A stretch of 64,000 nucleotides of DNA from Candidatus Woesearchaeota archaeon. Its GTDB lineage: Archaea > Nanobdellota > Nanobdellia > Woesearchaeales > UBA583. Position numbers and translations under genes: made by a program. Below the pieces are notes generated by a model. That model searched no databases and was not told where the DNA came from. It saw only the letters and a list, made by a program, of their open reading frames with translations. The stretch lies in contig OZ242164.1 of NCBI GenBank assembly GCA_965205335.1, forward strand, positions 480,001-544,000. Direction: 5' to 3'. Positions 28,988-38,545 of the stretch are shown piece by piece; the first letter of the stretch is position 1, and every line of letters begins with the position of its first letter.

Positions 28988-29548
28988 TTATTCTCGAAAT
29001 AATATCTTAAATAACCTGTCCCTATATTCTTCAAAAACTTCAGAAAGTAGAGCATTAAAAGATAAATCCAATCTTTCACAGCCATCCTTTGTTTCAAAAA
29101 CCAAACCACACAGACCCTTGAGGGATTTAACCTTTGTATCTTCAACCTTTGATTTTGCAAATTCCAAATCTTCATCCGATGTATAAACTATATCATACCT
29201 AATTAAACTCTTCGCTCTTTTAATTAACTTAACAAGAATCTTCTCTCTCGTATGCTTATCTAAAGAATCAATTTCCTCTTTTGCCCCAGAATAAACCTCT
29301 GAAATAATCTTTGATTTTGCACTAAGAATTATTCTCTTAGATTCTCTTGAATACTTCCCCTGTGTTTTCTTAGATACTAACTCATATTCCCTTTGAAACT
29401 TTGATATAATATTATCCTTATATTCCAAGAATTCTTTTTCAAATTCTTTCTGCATCTTAGACATTTCAACCATTAACTCATCATTAATAGAAATCCTTTC
29501 ATCGTGAGCCTTAGTTAGAATATCCTGTGATATTGTTTGAATAGACAT
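28988..29548 (-). CDS. atpE: A/V-type ATP synthase subunit E
   Basis: Helical N-terminus, GLVFE..DG..RLDLSF; K-E-C-F order. Confidence 0.85.
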   Translation of the reverse strand: MSIQTISQDILTKAHDERISINDELMVEMSKMQKEFEKEFLEYKDNIISKFQREYELVSKKTQGKYSRESKRIILSAKSKIISEVYSGAKEEIDSLDKHTREKILVKLIKRAKSLIRYDIVYTSDEDLEFAKSKVEDTKVKSLKGLCGLVFETKDGCERLDLSFNALLSEVFEEYRDRLFKILFRE

Positions 29549-29572
29549 TTTCCTTAGTCTTTTATTTTAAAC

Positions 29573-29809
29573 TCATGCAAGATTCATAATCAAAAAAGCC
29601 GTAACAAATCCGAAAATCAAAATTGTCTCAGGTAATACTGCAAAAATCAAAGCTTTCGCAAACATCTCAGGGTCCTCTGAAATAGCCCCAATTGCAGCAG
29701 CCATAGCCTCTTTCTGACCAAGACCTGTACCTATTGCCGCAAGCCCAAGTGCAAGCCCCGCGCCCACTCCTAATAACCCAGTTGTTGAAATCATTGTTTC
29801 CACTGCCAT
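29573..29809 (-). CDS. atpK: A/V-type ATP synthase proteolipid subunit K (c)
   Basis: Single hairpin, GLGQ...GAI.EDP...LPET; start at MAVET, 33 nt below TATA at 29842. Confidence 0.93.
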   Translation of the reverse strand: MAVETMISTTGLLGVGAGLALGLAAIGTGLGQKEAMAAAIGAISEDPEMFAKALIFAVLPETILIFGFVTAFLIMNLA

Positions 29810-29835
29810 AATAATTGAAAAGAAACAAAACTCCC

Positions 29836-29842
29836 TTATAAA
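29836..29842 (-). promoter_or_regulatory. TATA box TTTATAA of atpK, 20 nt from the right end of IS481 copy A
   Basis: Position relative to ATG at 29809. Confidence 0.75.
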
Positions 29843-29862
29843 GATTACTATTATAAGGCTCT

Positions 29863-30804
29863 TGTGTAAACGGGTGACATATGTCACCACCTCAACTTTC
29901 TCTGAAAGTTGTCAAACTCATAAGAAGGAGTTCGACCAAATAAGCTCTCATGAGGCCTAAAAGCATTGTATCTATATCTAAATAACTCTAAATCATTGTT
30001 GCAATACCTAATTTCTCTGTCAATTGTTCCAAACAAACGTTCCACTTTTCCATTTGTTTGAGGACGGTTAACTCTAGTTCTAATGTGCTTAATCTTTCTT
30101 CTTTGGCACCATTTATCAAACTTAGACTTCTTACTTGTGAGTCCATATGGTGCTCCATTGTCACTGATTATTTGATTAGGATTTCCAAATTTCTTGATTA
30201 AATTATCAAGAAATTGTGTTACAATTGGTGTTGTAACAGTTGGAACATGTAAAATACCTAAACAATAACGGGTGGCATCATCAATGACTGCAATTATTTT
30301 ACCTTTTTCCCCAAATTCACTGTCATCAATATGCCAAAGTGAATTTGAGTGTTTACGTTCGAAACGAACGTATTTAACCCGAGAACCTCTATTTCCTTCT
30401 TTACGAGTTAAATTATTCTCTCTAAGAACTTTATTAATGGTTCTCTCTGAAATATCTAGATTAGGTAGGATTTTATGAAGCTTTTTAGCTCCCCAACCTG
30501 TTTTATACCGAAGATTTAAAATTGCTTTCTCATCTTCTAAAGTAACTTTGTAATAGATCTTGTTTGGTCTTGTAGACTTATCTTGATAATCTCCTATTTC
30601 TTTATCAAAACGTTGTTGCCAACGTTTTAAAGTACGAATACATACAAAGTATTTGCACTTCTCAGCAAGTATTTTCTTGCATTTTGAATAAGAGTTTTGT
30701 TTAACTCTTAGTTTTATGAAAACTTTCCTAACTTTGTCTTTTTTCATAAAGTTAACAAGAATTGTTAACTTTTAGACTGGTGACATATGTCATGGCACTA
30801 CACA
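29863..30804 (-). mobile_element. IS481-family element, copy A (942 bp)
   Basis: TGTGTA-N6-TGACATATGTCACCA terminal repeats; same length as and highly similar to 56768-57709; no matching TSD. Confidence 0.93.
29884..30747 (-). CDS. IS481-family DDE transposase
   Basis: WHID, IDDATR, SDNG, PQTNGKVER, YN.FRPH.SL. Confidence 0.95.
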   Translation of the reverse strand: MKKDKVRKVFIKLRVKQNSYSKCKKILAEKCKYFVCIRTLKRWQQRFDKEIGDYQDKSTRPNKIYYKVTLEDEKAILNLRYKTGWGAKKLHKILPNLDISERTINKVLRENNLTRKEGNRGSRVKYVRFERKHSNSLWHIDDSEFGEKGKIIAVIDDATRYCLGILHVPTVTTPIVTQFLDNLIKKFGNPNQIISDNGAPYGLTSKKSKFDKWCQRRKIKHIRTRVNRPQTNGKVERLFGTIDREIRYCNNDLELFRYRYNAFRPHESLFGRTPSYEFDNFQRKLRW

Positions 30805-31928
30805 ACAGTAAGATCTAATACTGAGTTGAACTATGGAGAATATCTTGGATGGTATAATGATTCAGGAACAATACATCCAGGAGTTACTGAATCACAAGGA
30901 TTTGATGACTCGGATACTGACGTTTTAGAAGAAAAAAGGTTTGACAATGACATTTCTGATGAAGACTATGAACAGACATTAGAATTACTTGGAGGACATT
31001 TCAATTATGCTTTGCGAGATGAAGTTGATGGTGTGACTGAAATTACAGATGGTATTTTCTATAATAGTGGTAAAGCATTTGCAAGATATACATTAAATAT
31101 TGATGGTAGTGGTATTGATAATTAACTGCAGCTGCAGAAGTTGATAATAATTGGGATGTAACACCTGTTGATAATAATCCTCAAACTGGTGGTCCTGAAC
31201 TGGAGTTCCATTTAGACAGAGTAGATTATGATGATGATAAGGATGAGATGAGTTATCTGAATATAACATTTGGATGGGATAACGGTGATGATGAATTTGA
31301 TATTGAAAAGCCTGTACTTATGAATAAAGATGGAGAGCCTGATGTTTGGGCAAATGAAGGATATGAAGATAATGAAGAAGATAGTTCTGATTTTAAGACT
31401 TTCGTTAACCCATACGGAGTTATGGTAGAATGGGATAGAGATGATAAAGATAAAGTAACTATTATGACACCTGAGGAACAAGTAAGAGCGGAAGTTTCCG
31501 TTGTATTCGGTGGTGGTTCTTCAACTGAGTTTATGTCTGAATCCTTTATGACAATGGCAGAAGCTGAAGAGAGAGCTGATGAACTTAAAGGCGATGACAT
31601 GTACAGAAATGTAGAAGTTAATGATATGATGGAAGGAGCAGTTAGCTTTGCAATCTCAGGTCCTTTGTTAGATAATCAGGTTACTGGAACAGGTAATATG
31701 ATTGTTGTTGGTGGTCCTGCTGTTAACAGGGTTGCTGCTGAACTACTTGGTATGTCGTTCCCGTCAATGGGTACTGCATCAGGTCTATCACCTGGACAGG
31801 CTCAGATTAGAATGTTTGAGAGTGTAAACTCCGTTCTAGTCTATGGTTGGTCAGCTGCTGATACAATGGCAGCAGTTAACAGACTGAACTCTGGGAACTT
31901 AGAAGGTTCACAAGTTAATGTAGGATAA
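30805..31928 (+). pseudogene. S-layer protein C-terminal part, 5'-truncated at the IS and frameshifted near 31120
   Basis: NMIVVGGPAVNRVAAELLG and LVYGWSAADT S-layer C-domain motifs; the two ORFs join by one 1-nt indel (GAT AAT TAA CT vs GAT AAT TTA ACT). Confidence 0.75.
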
Positions 31929-32079
31929 ATTATCTTATATTTTTTAATTTACTTTTTCTAATTTTATTTAGTGTATTATGATGTATAATCATGGAATTTG
32001 AGAATTACTTATTTAGAAATTAAGTTCTAATAATTTGATTAAGCACTTGGTTGTAATACAAATAAATAAGCAAATTTTT

Positions 32080-32215
32080 TTATTTTTTCAAAATATCCCA
32101 ATATGGACTTTTACATTTAGGACATATTATAGGCTTGTTTACCTTCCTTGCTTTCCATTTATGATTACATCTGCAACAATAACCACCCATCTACTTCAAA
32201 CTTTATTTTAGGCAT
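32080..32215 (-). pseudogene. Small zinc-finger gene (C.RC.H.W...CPKCKSPYWD), probably frameshifted
   Basis: MPKIKFEVDGWL at 32215 joins CCRCNHKWKARKVNKPIICPKCKSPYWDILKK* if one T is removed; alternative in-frame ATG at 32190 gives 36 aa. Confidence 0.7.
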
Positions 32216-32327
32216 TTTATTATACATAATATCTCTTACTTTATAGATTATATTTCATAGGAAATCTCACATAATTCTTATAGAAGTCTCAGATAAATAT
32301 TTTATTTATAATACCATTTCCAAAGGT

Positions 32328-32480
32328 ATGAACTCAAAATATACAAATGTTTCATTTCCTCAGGATATGGTGAATGAAGTAGATAAGATAATTAATGCAA
32401 GTCCTCTATATCAAAGTAGAGCAGATTTTTGTAAAGAAGCAGTTAGAGAACACATTAAAAAGAATAAATTATTAGAATAA
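32328..32480 (+). CDS. Ribbon-helix-helix (CopG-like) DNA-binding protein, 50 aa, not in ORF track
   Basis: MNSKYTNVSFPQDMVNEVDKII...YQSRADFCKEAVRE. Confidence 0.8.
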   Translation: MNSKYTNVSFPQDMVNEVDKIINASPLYQSRADFCKEAVREHIKKNKLLE

Positions 32481-32617
32481 ATTTATTATTAAATTTTCAG
32501 AAAGTTTTTTCACTTACTCTACTCAATCACCTAAAAGAAATAAATTGACAGGTCTCTGAAATTTAACAGAACCTATTCTCAATAAGTTATTTAAATTCAA
32601 GAGAGTTTTATTTTACT

Positions 32618-32923
32618 ATGAAGTTATGCATTGTTTATTCAACTTTTCCTGATAAGAATTCTGCGAAGTCTGTATGTAAGAGTTTGTTAGATAAGAATTT
32701 AGTTGCCTGCTGTAATTTAATTTCTTCAAATTCTTTTTATTTCTGGAATGGAAATTTAGAGAATAGTGATGAGGTTATATGCTTGTTTAAGACAAAACTT
32801 CAAAACTGGGAAGCAGTAAAATCTCATATTGAGAAAGTTCATCCATACGATGTACCATGCATTCTAAAGTTTGAAGTAGATTCAAATGAAAAATATTTCA
32901 ACTGGGTTAGTAATAATAGTTAG
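32618..32923 (+). CDS. cutA: Divalent-cation tolerance protein CutA
   Basis: LVACCN, S.Y.W.G, E....KT, HPYDVPCI. Confidence 0.95.
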   Translation: MKLCIVYSTFPDKNSAKSVCKSLLDKNLVACCNLISSNSFYFWNGNLENSDEVICLFKTKLQNWEAVKSHIEKVHPYDVPCILKFEVDSNEKYFNWVSNNS

Positions 32924-33008
32924 ATGTAATTTTAATTAATAATTTCAAGAAATCACAAATGTGATAGGGATTAAAAACATTTATAAATAATGTTTACAAA
33001 TATTTTTC

Positions 33009-33587
33009 ATGGAAGAGAGTTTATTTGAGTCGGCATTTCTTGCAAATATTGGAATTTTGCTTACGGCAATTTTAATTTTTGCAATAGTTTACGCTTTATT
33101 AAATGGGATTAAAGTTTTCGGCGAGAGTAAAGGCATAAATTTAACTGTGGCTATAGTTGCTGCACTTATTGTATCTCTCTCAGGCGTTGCAACTTATGTA
33201 GTTTCATATGCAGTTAATTGGTTTATAATAATATTTTTTATAGTTTTTTTGTTAGTAGTTATCCTGTTGTTTTTAGGAGTTAAGATGTCAGATATAACGT
33301 CTGCCGCCACTTCAAATTCAAAAGTGATTGTGGGTGTTTTTATCGTGTTATTCTTAATTATTATTGTAAAGGGATTTTTTGCCTTGAATAATGCATATGA
33401 TTTGAATAATCCTCCTGAAAGTGATTATGAGGTTGATACAAGTTTTAATATAGGAGTTGATGATGTTATTTTAGATGAAGATGAAGAGATAAATGAAGAT
33501 TATGAATTTAATTTTAGTTCAGGTCTGATTGGAGCTACACTCTTTTTATTAATAATAGGGATATTTGCTTTGATGATTAATAGGTAA
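33009..33587 (+). CDS. Hypothetical multi-pass membrane protein
   Basis: About five TM segments; TATA at ~32980. Confidence 0.75.
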   Translation: MEESLFESAFLANIGILLTAILIFAIVYALLNGIKVFGESKGINLTVAIVAALIVSLSGVATYVVSYAVNWFIIIFFIVFLLVVILLFLGVKMSDITSAATSNSKVIVGVFIVLFLIIIVKGFFALNNAYDLNNPPESDYEVDTSFNIGVDDVILDEDEEINEDYEFNFSSGLIGATLFLLIIGIFALMINR

Positions 33588-33677
33588 ATGTTAATGTTCT
33601 TCTCTTAGCTTATTTAAATTTAATTAGTTAATCAAAATTATAAATTTTTGAATTCATTTTGCAATGTCATTAAAGAA

Positions 33678-34283
33678 TTAGGTGATCAAGCGGCATCCAC
33701 TAAGGATGGGTTCGAGTATTTCATGAGGTTCTCTTTCAATAACTTCATTGTCATAACTTTTAAATTTGCTATAAATACTGCAATAATATGCCTCAAGGCG
33801 TAATAAAGTTTCATTTCTTGAACTGCATAGTTCAATGTAGCCTTCTATTATTCTTCTATTAAGAAGTGCTAATGCTAGGGGGGTTTCATAAATCGGGGGC
33901 TGAAGTGTTAATTTAGGATTTCTGGATTTACCAATTCCCCCAAATTTTCCGTTTATTTCAAATGAGTAAAGAGCATGACTCAAGCCAAGTTTAGGGGTTA
34001 TATCTGCTCCTATTCTAACTATTGATTTTACTGACACAAACATTTCCCCATATGGTTCTCTTAAATATCTTGCGGCGAAAAATACTCCATCCATACAAAC
34101 ACATGATTTAGTTTCGAAAACTTGGGATGCTGATTTTAATCTAACATCTATTATTTTTCCGTTTTCATCATAATCAATTTGAGAATGGTCATATTCAAAA
34201 GAATCTAAATCTCTCTGAACTCTTTTAATCATATCACAACTAATATCGCTTAAATATTCTTCTGAGTCTTGTCTAGTTTCCAT
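33678..34283 (-). CDS. Hypothetical protein, possible transglutaminase/papain-like fold
   Basis: C.DGVFFAA ... HALYSF..NGKFGGIGKS ... PIYET pattern with putative Cys-His. Confidence 0.5.
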   Translation of the reverse strand: METRQDSEEYLSDISCDMIKRVQRDLDSFEYDHSQIDYDENGKIIDVRLKSASQVFETKSCVCMDGVFFAARYLREPYGEMFVSVKSIVRIGADITPKLGLSHALYSFEINGKFGGIGKSRNPKLTLQPPIYETPLALALLNRRIIEGYIELCSSRNETLLRLEAYYCSIYSKFKSYDNEVIEREPHEILEPILSGCRLIT

Positions 34284-34355
34284 TTTGTGATAAAGTAATA
34301 GTTCAGATTTTATAAATCTTTTTCTATTTACTACTTTTAAATAAGTATAAATAAA

Positions 34356-36272
34356 CTAATTTAATCTAACACTCTCTAAATTCTCAGGAGCATAGGTTTT
34401 CACATTAGGTATTATCCTCTTTACTACCTCTGAAAAATACATAAGTTTTGAGGGTTCACCATGATTTAATATTACTTTTTTAGGTTTAACAGATAAATTA
34501 TTAATAAATTTCTTTGTTAGTGAGAGATCTGAATGGGCAGAGAATGCTCCTCTCATATGTGCAACTTTCATATTAACTCTAACTCTATCATTTTCAGAAC
34601 CAGTGTTGCTCATCAGAATATCTTTTTCGCCATCTTTAACCCTTCTTCCAAGAGTTCCATTTGCCTGATATCCAACAAAAATAATTGCATTGTTTTCGTT
34701 TGGTGCAAACTTTTTAAAATATTCAACTGATGCTCCCCCGTTAAGCATTCCTGATGTGGATAATACAACACATGGCTCATTTGAATTAAAAATTGCTTCT
34801 CTTTCTTTTGATGATCCAACTTCTTTAAAGTTCTCTATTGTAAAAGGATTATCCCCTCTTAATATTCTACCCTTTAATCTCCCGTTTAGGTATTCGGGGT
34901 ATGCTGTATGAATTGCAGTGGTTTCCCAGACCATACCGTCAATATAAACGTTCAAATCACTTGGCAGTCTCTCTTCTTTGATTAAGTTTTCAATTGTTAA
35001 AAGCATTTCCTGAGATCTTCCAACTCCAAAAACAGGAACTAAAACTTTTCCTTTTCTAACATAAGAATCTAAAATTATCTTTAAGAACTCTTCTTCAGCT
35101 TCCTCTCTTGGCATTGAAAAATCTTTGGGACCTGTTGAAGTGTTTTCAATTGTCATGCTTTCAAGTCTTGGAAATTCTGTAACTGCTCTATTGAGAAGTC
35201 TCTGTTTGTACGAATAATTGAAATCTCCTGCATACATGAAGTTATGAATTCCATTTCCAATATTTACATGACAGAATGCACTTCCCAAGATATGTCCGCT
35301 ATTGTAGAATGTTAAACGAATGTCAGGAGTTATATCTGTAACAGTGCCATAGTTAAGAATAATCACATGTTTAAGCATTTCTTTAATGTGTTCAGGTTTA
35401 TACAGAATTTGTTCTGCCTGAGTGTTTCCCATAATTTTAATGAAATCTAATTGAGATAAAGCCATAATATCTCTGGTAGGCTCAGTGCAATAAACAGGTC
35501 CTTTGTACCCAATTTTATATAGGTATGGAATAAGTCCGCAGTGATCCATGTGAGCATGGGATAAAACAATTGCATCAATGTCTTCTAATTTAAAATCAGG
35601 AGAATCAAAGAATGGAAATTCTTTAGGATCTCCAAAAGAAACAGATGGGTCAATTCCACAGTCAAATAAGATTCTGCTCTCAGTTGTCTGCAGATAAATT
35701 GCTGATCTTCCTATTTGATTCCCCCCGCCTAACATTGTAATTCTTGCCCATCCTCTGATTTTTCCCTTCGTCCATCCTCCGTAAATTCTTTTTCCAACTT
35801 TATTTAGAAATTTTCTTCTGTACTCACTGGCTTCAAATTCAACTGCTCTCATGGCATTAACAGTTTTGGACACTAAGGGAGGAATTCTTTTGACAACAAC
35901 TGACCAGAAAGTTTTCTTCTGGATTCCTTTTAGGTTAACTCCCTTTTGCCCGACTGCCGCTCCCACATTATCTACCTCAATTACAAGCATGGATCTTGCA
36001 GTATCAAATTTGAATTCAATTTTCTTGACATCTTCACCTAAAATTTTTTTTACTTCTTTTATAGTCTCTTCTTCTTCTAAAAGAATAGAATTGTCTGCTC
36101 TAAGTTCGATTCTCTTTTTATATCTTGAAACAATATCTTTGATTTTTTCACGTCCGCTAAACAGGAAATCTTTATGGTTTGTGTATATAACAATATTTGC
36201 AGCTTCAAATTCAACTGCGACAATTTTATCCTCTGGAAGTTCTTTTATAATCTCATCTAAAATTTTTACCAT
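34356..36272 (-). CDS. fttA: Beta-CASP ribonuclease aCPSF1 (transcription termination factor FttA)
   Basis: N-terminal KH domains, SHAHMDH, GHILGS, FSAHSD, NHGE. Confidence 0.95.
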   Translation of the reverse strand: MVKILDEIIKELPEDKIVAVEFEAANIVIYTNHKDFLFSGREKIKDIVSRYKKRIELRADNSILLEEEETIKEVKKILGEDVKKIEFKFDTARSMLVIEVDNVGAAVGQKGVNLKGIQKKTFWSVVVKRIPPLVSKTVNAMRAVEFEASEYRRKFLNKVGKRIYGGWTKGKIRGWARITMLGGGNQIGRSAIYLQTTESRILFDCGIDPSVSFGDPKEFPFFDSPDFKLEDIDAIVLSHAHMDHCGLIPYLYKIGYKGPVYCTEPTRDIMALSQLDFIKIMGNTQAEQILYKPEHIKEMLKHVIILNYGTVTDITPDIRLTFYNSGHILGSAFCHVNIGNGIHNFMYAGDFNYSYKQRLLNRAVTEFPRLESMTIENTSTGPKDFSMPREEAEEEFLKIILDSYVRKGKVLVPVFGVGRSQEMLLTIENLIKEERLPSDLNVYIDGMVWETTAIHTAYPEYLNGRLKGRILRGDNPFTIENFKEVGSSKEREAIFNSNEPCVVLSTSGMLNGGASVEYFKKFAPNENNAIIFVGYQANGTLGRRVKDGEKDILMSNTGSENDRVRVNMKVAHMRGAFSAHSDLSLTKKFINNLSVKPKKVILNHGEPSKLMYFSEVVKRIIPNVKTYAPENLESVRLN

Positions 36273-36525
36273 CTTTTTATAAAATAGATTTCTAATCAGA
36301 AAATTTGATTTCAGAAATATCTACAAGTGATTTAATCACTTAATAATATTAGTGGAGAAACATTTATTTATAAATTTATTGTATTGGTTGGAGATAGGAA
36401 ATTTTTGAGGAATAAGTTAAGAAGTTCGCTTTACATTTGTCGGCAAAGCAGTTTGAATATCTAATTATTAATTAATGCGGGTTTGTTTACAGCACATTTA
36501 TAAATATTTTAGGTTTTTCTTATGT

Positions 36526-38529
36526 ATGAAAAATAAGGATAATAAGTTCTATATCACAACACCAATATATTATGCAAGTGGGAAACCTCATTTGGGACAT
36601 GCTTATACAAGTGTTGCGTGTGATATTCTTGCAAGGTGGAACAGAAATATAGGAAGAGAAGTTTTTTTTCTGACTGGAACTGATGAGCACGGACAGAAAA
36701 TTGAGAGAAAAGCAAAGGAAGCTGGTAAGTCTCCTAAGAAATTTGTTGATTCTTTAGTTCCCCAATTTAAAAAAATGCTTGATGTTCTAAATGTTTCAAA
36801 TGATTTTTTTGTAAGAACAACTGATAAATATCACAAGGAATTTGTTAAGGAGGTTTTGCAGAAAACTTATGATAATGAGGATATTTACAAGGATGAGTAT
36901 GAGGGATTGTATTGTGTTGATTGTGAACAATACTACAAAGAAGAAGAGTTAGAGGATGAGAGTATTTGTCCAATTCATAAAAGGAAAGTTGAAAAATTTA
37001 AAGAAGAGAATTATTTTTTCAGATTGTCTAAATATCAGAATAAACTCTTAAAATTCTATAAGGAAAATCCTGATTTTTTATCACCCAAATCAAAAGCAGA
37101 GGAAACTGTTAACAGGGTTAAGGAAGGTCTTTTGGATATATCAATTTCAAGAAATAAGAAAACTCTTTCATGGGGAATTGAACTTCCTTTTGATTCTGAG
37201 CATGTTGTTTATGTTTGGTTTGATGCTCTTTACAATTATATTTCTGCTTTGGTGGAAACTGATAAGGAAGATTTCTGGCCTGCAGATGTTCAGATGGTTG
37301 GGAAGGATATTATGTGGTTTCATAAGGTTTTCTGGCCTGCTTTTTTAATGTCTGCTGGATATGAACTGCCAAAAAAAGTATTTGCTCATGGCTGGTGGAC
37401 TGTAAATAATGAGAAGATGGGAAAGGTTCTTAATAATGTTATAGAACCTATTGAAATGGCTCAGAAATATGGAACAGATGAATTGAGGTATTATCTTTTC
37501 TCGCTTGGAACTTTTGGTGAGGATCAGAATTTTACAATGGAGTCTTTTGCTGAGAAGATAAATAATGATTTGAATAATGATTTGGGAAATCTTATTTCAA
37601 GAGTTGTTTCAATGACAAATAAGTTTTTTTCGAGTGGTGTTCCTAAAGTGGGTGAATTGACAGAGGTTGAATTAAATCTTTTGGATAAGTTGAATATGCA
37701 TAAGGAGTTTAATGGATATATGCAGAATTTAGAGTATTTTAAATCTTTAAGTCTGCTCTGGGATGGAATTCGTGAGACTAATGCTTATATTAATAGGGTT
37801 GAACCTTGGAGGGAGAAAGATGAAAGTAGGTTAGCTACAATTATGAACACTTTGTGCTCGGCATGTATTTTATTTGCAAAGTATTTAGAATGTTTTATGC
37901 CTCAGAAATCAGCTTTGATATTTAAGCAGTTTAATATGAAAAATGATGAGATTTTTAAGTTGGAATTTATTGAAGAGAATCATAGACTTGGGCAGAAGAT
38001 AAATCTTTTTGAGAAAATAAAATTAGAGAATAAAAGGGAAAATCCAGAAGAGAAAAAGGAAGGGTTTGAATTGCTTAATTTAAAGGTTGGAAAGATTATA
38101 GAAATTAAAGAGCATCCAGAGGCGGAAAAGTTGTTTATTGAAAAGATTGATATTGGAGAAGATGAGTCAAGACAGATAGTTTCAGGTTTGAGGGATTATT
38201 ATAAGAAAGAGGAACTTTTGGGCAATAATGTAGTGGTTGTAGCAAATTTAAAACATGCAAAACTTCGTGGGGTAAAATCAGAGGGGATGATACTTGCCGC
38301 AGAGGATAGTAAGGGAAATGTGGGGATAGTTACAACAAATTCTGATGTTGGAGAGAATTTAATGTGGAAGGGAAAAACTGCAGATAGTGATTTGAAGATT
38401 AAAATAGAAGATTTTTTTAGTGTTGAGATGAAATCTCTTGGATGCAGGATTGAATTGGATTCAGAAGAGGTTACTGTTAATGGAAAATCTCTTGTAGCGG
38501 ATAAAGGTATTAAGGGAAGTATTAGGTAG
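36526..38529 (+). CDS. metG: Methionyl-tRNA synthetase with C-terminal tRNA-binding domain
   Basis: TTPIYY..GKPHLGH, TGTDEHGQK, YVWFDAL, KMGKV, OB-fold RQIVSG. Confidence 0.97.
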   Translation: MKNKDNKFYITTPIYYASGKPHLGHAYTSVACDILARWNRNIGREVFFLTGTDEHGQKIERKAKEAGKSPKKFVDSLVPQFKKMLDVLNVSNDFFVRTTDKYHKEFVKEVLQKTYDNEDIYKDEYEGLYCVDCEQYYKEEELEDESICPIHKRKVEKFKEENYFFRLSKYQNKLLKFYKENPDFLSPKSKAEETVNRVKEGLLDISISRNKKTLSWGIELPFDSEHVVYVWFDALYNYISALVETDKEDFWPADVQMVGKDIMWFHKVFWPAFLMSAGYELPKKVFAHGWWTVNNEKMGKVLNNVIEPIEMAQKYGTDELRYYLFSLGTFGEDQNFTMESFAEKINNDLNNDLGNLISRVVSMTNKFFSSGVPKVGELTEVELNLLDKLNMHKEFNGYMQNLEYFKSLSLLWDGIRETNAYINRVEPWREKDESRLATIMNTLCSACILFAKYLECFMPQKSALIFKQFNMKNDEIFKLEFIEENHRLGQKINLFEKIKLENKRENPEEKKEGFELLNLKVGKIIEIKEHPEAEKLFIEKIDIGEDESRQIVSGLRDYYKKEELLGNNVVVVANLKHAKLRGVKSEGMILAAEDSKGNVGIVTTNSDVGENLMWKGKTADSDLKIKIEDFFSVEMKSLGCRIELDSEEVTVNGKSLVADKGIKGSIR

Positions 38530-38545
38530 TTTAGAAGATAAGCCT

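Noticed and set aside
29810-29890. N-terminal extension of AtpK
   Set aside because: Runs through the promoter and the IS end
31117-31130. Stop-codon readthrough or programmed frameshift in the S-layer gene
   Set aside because: The continuation is in another frame and there is no slippery sequence; a simple indel explains it
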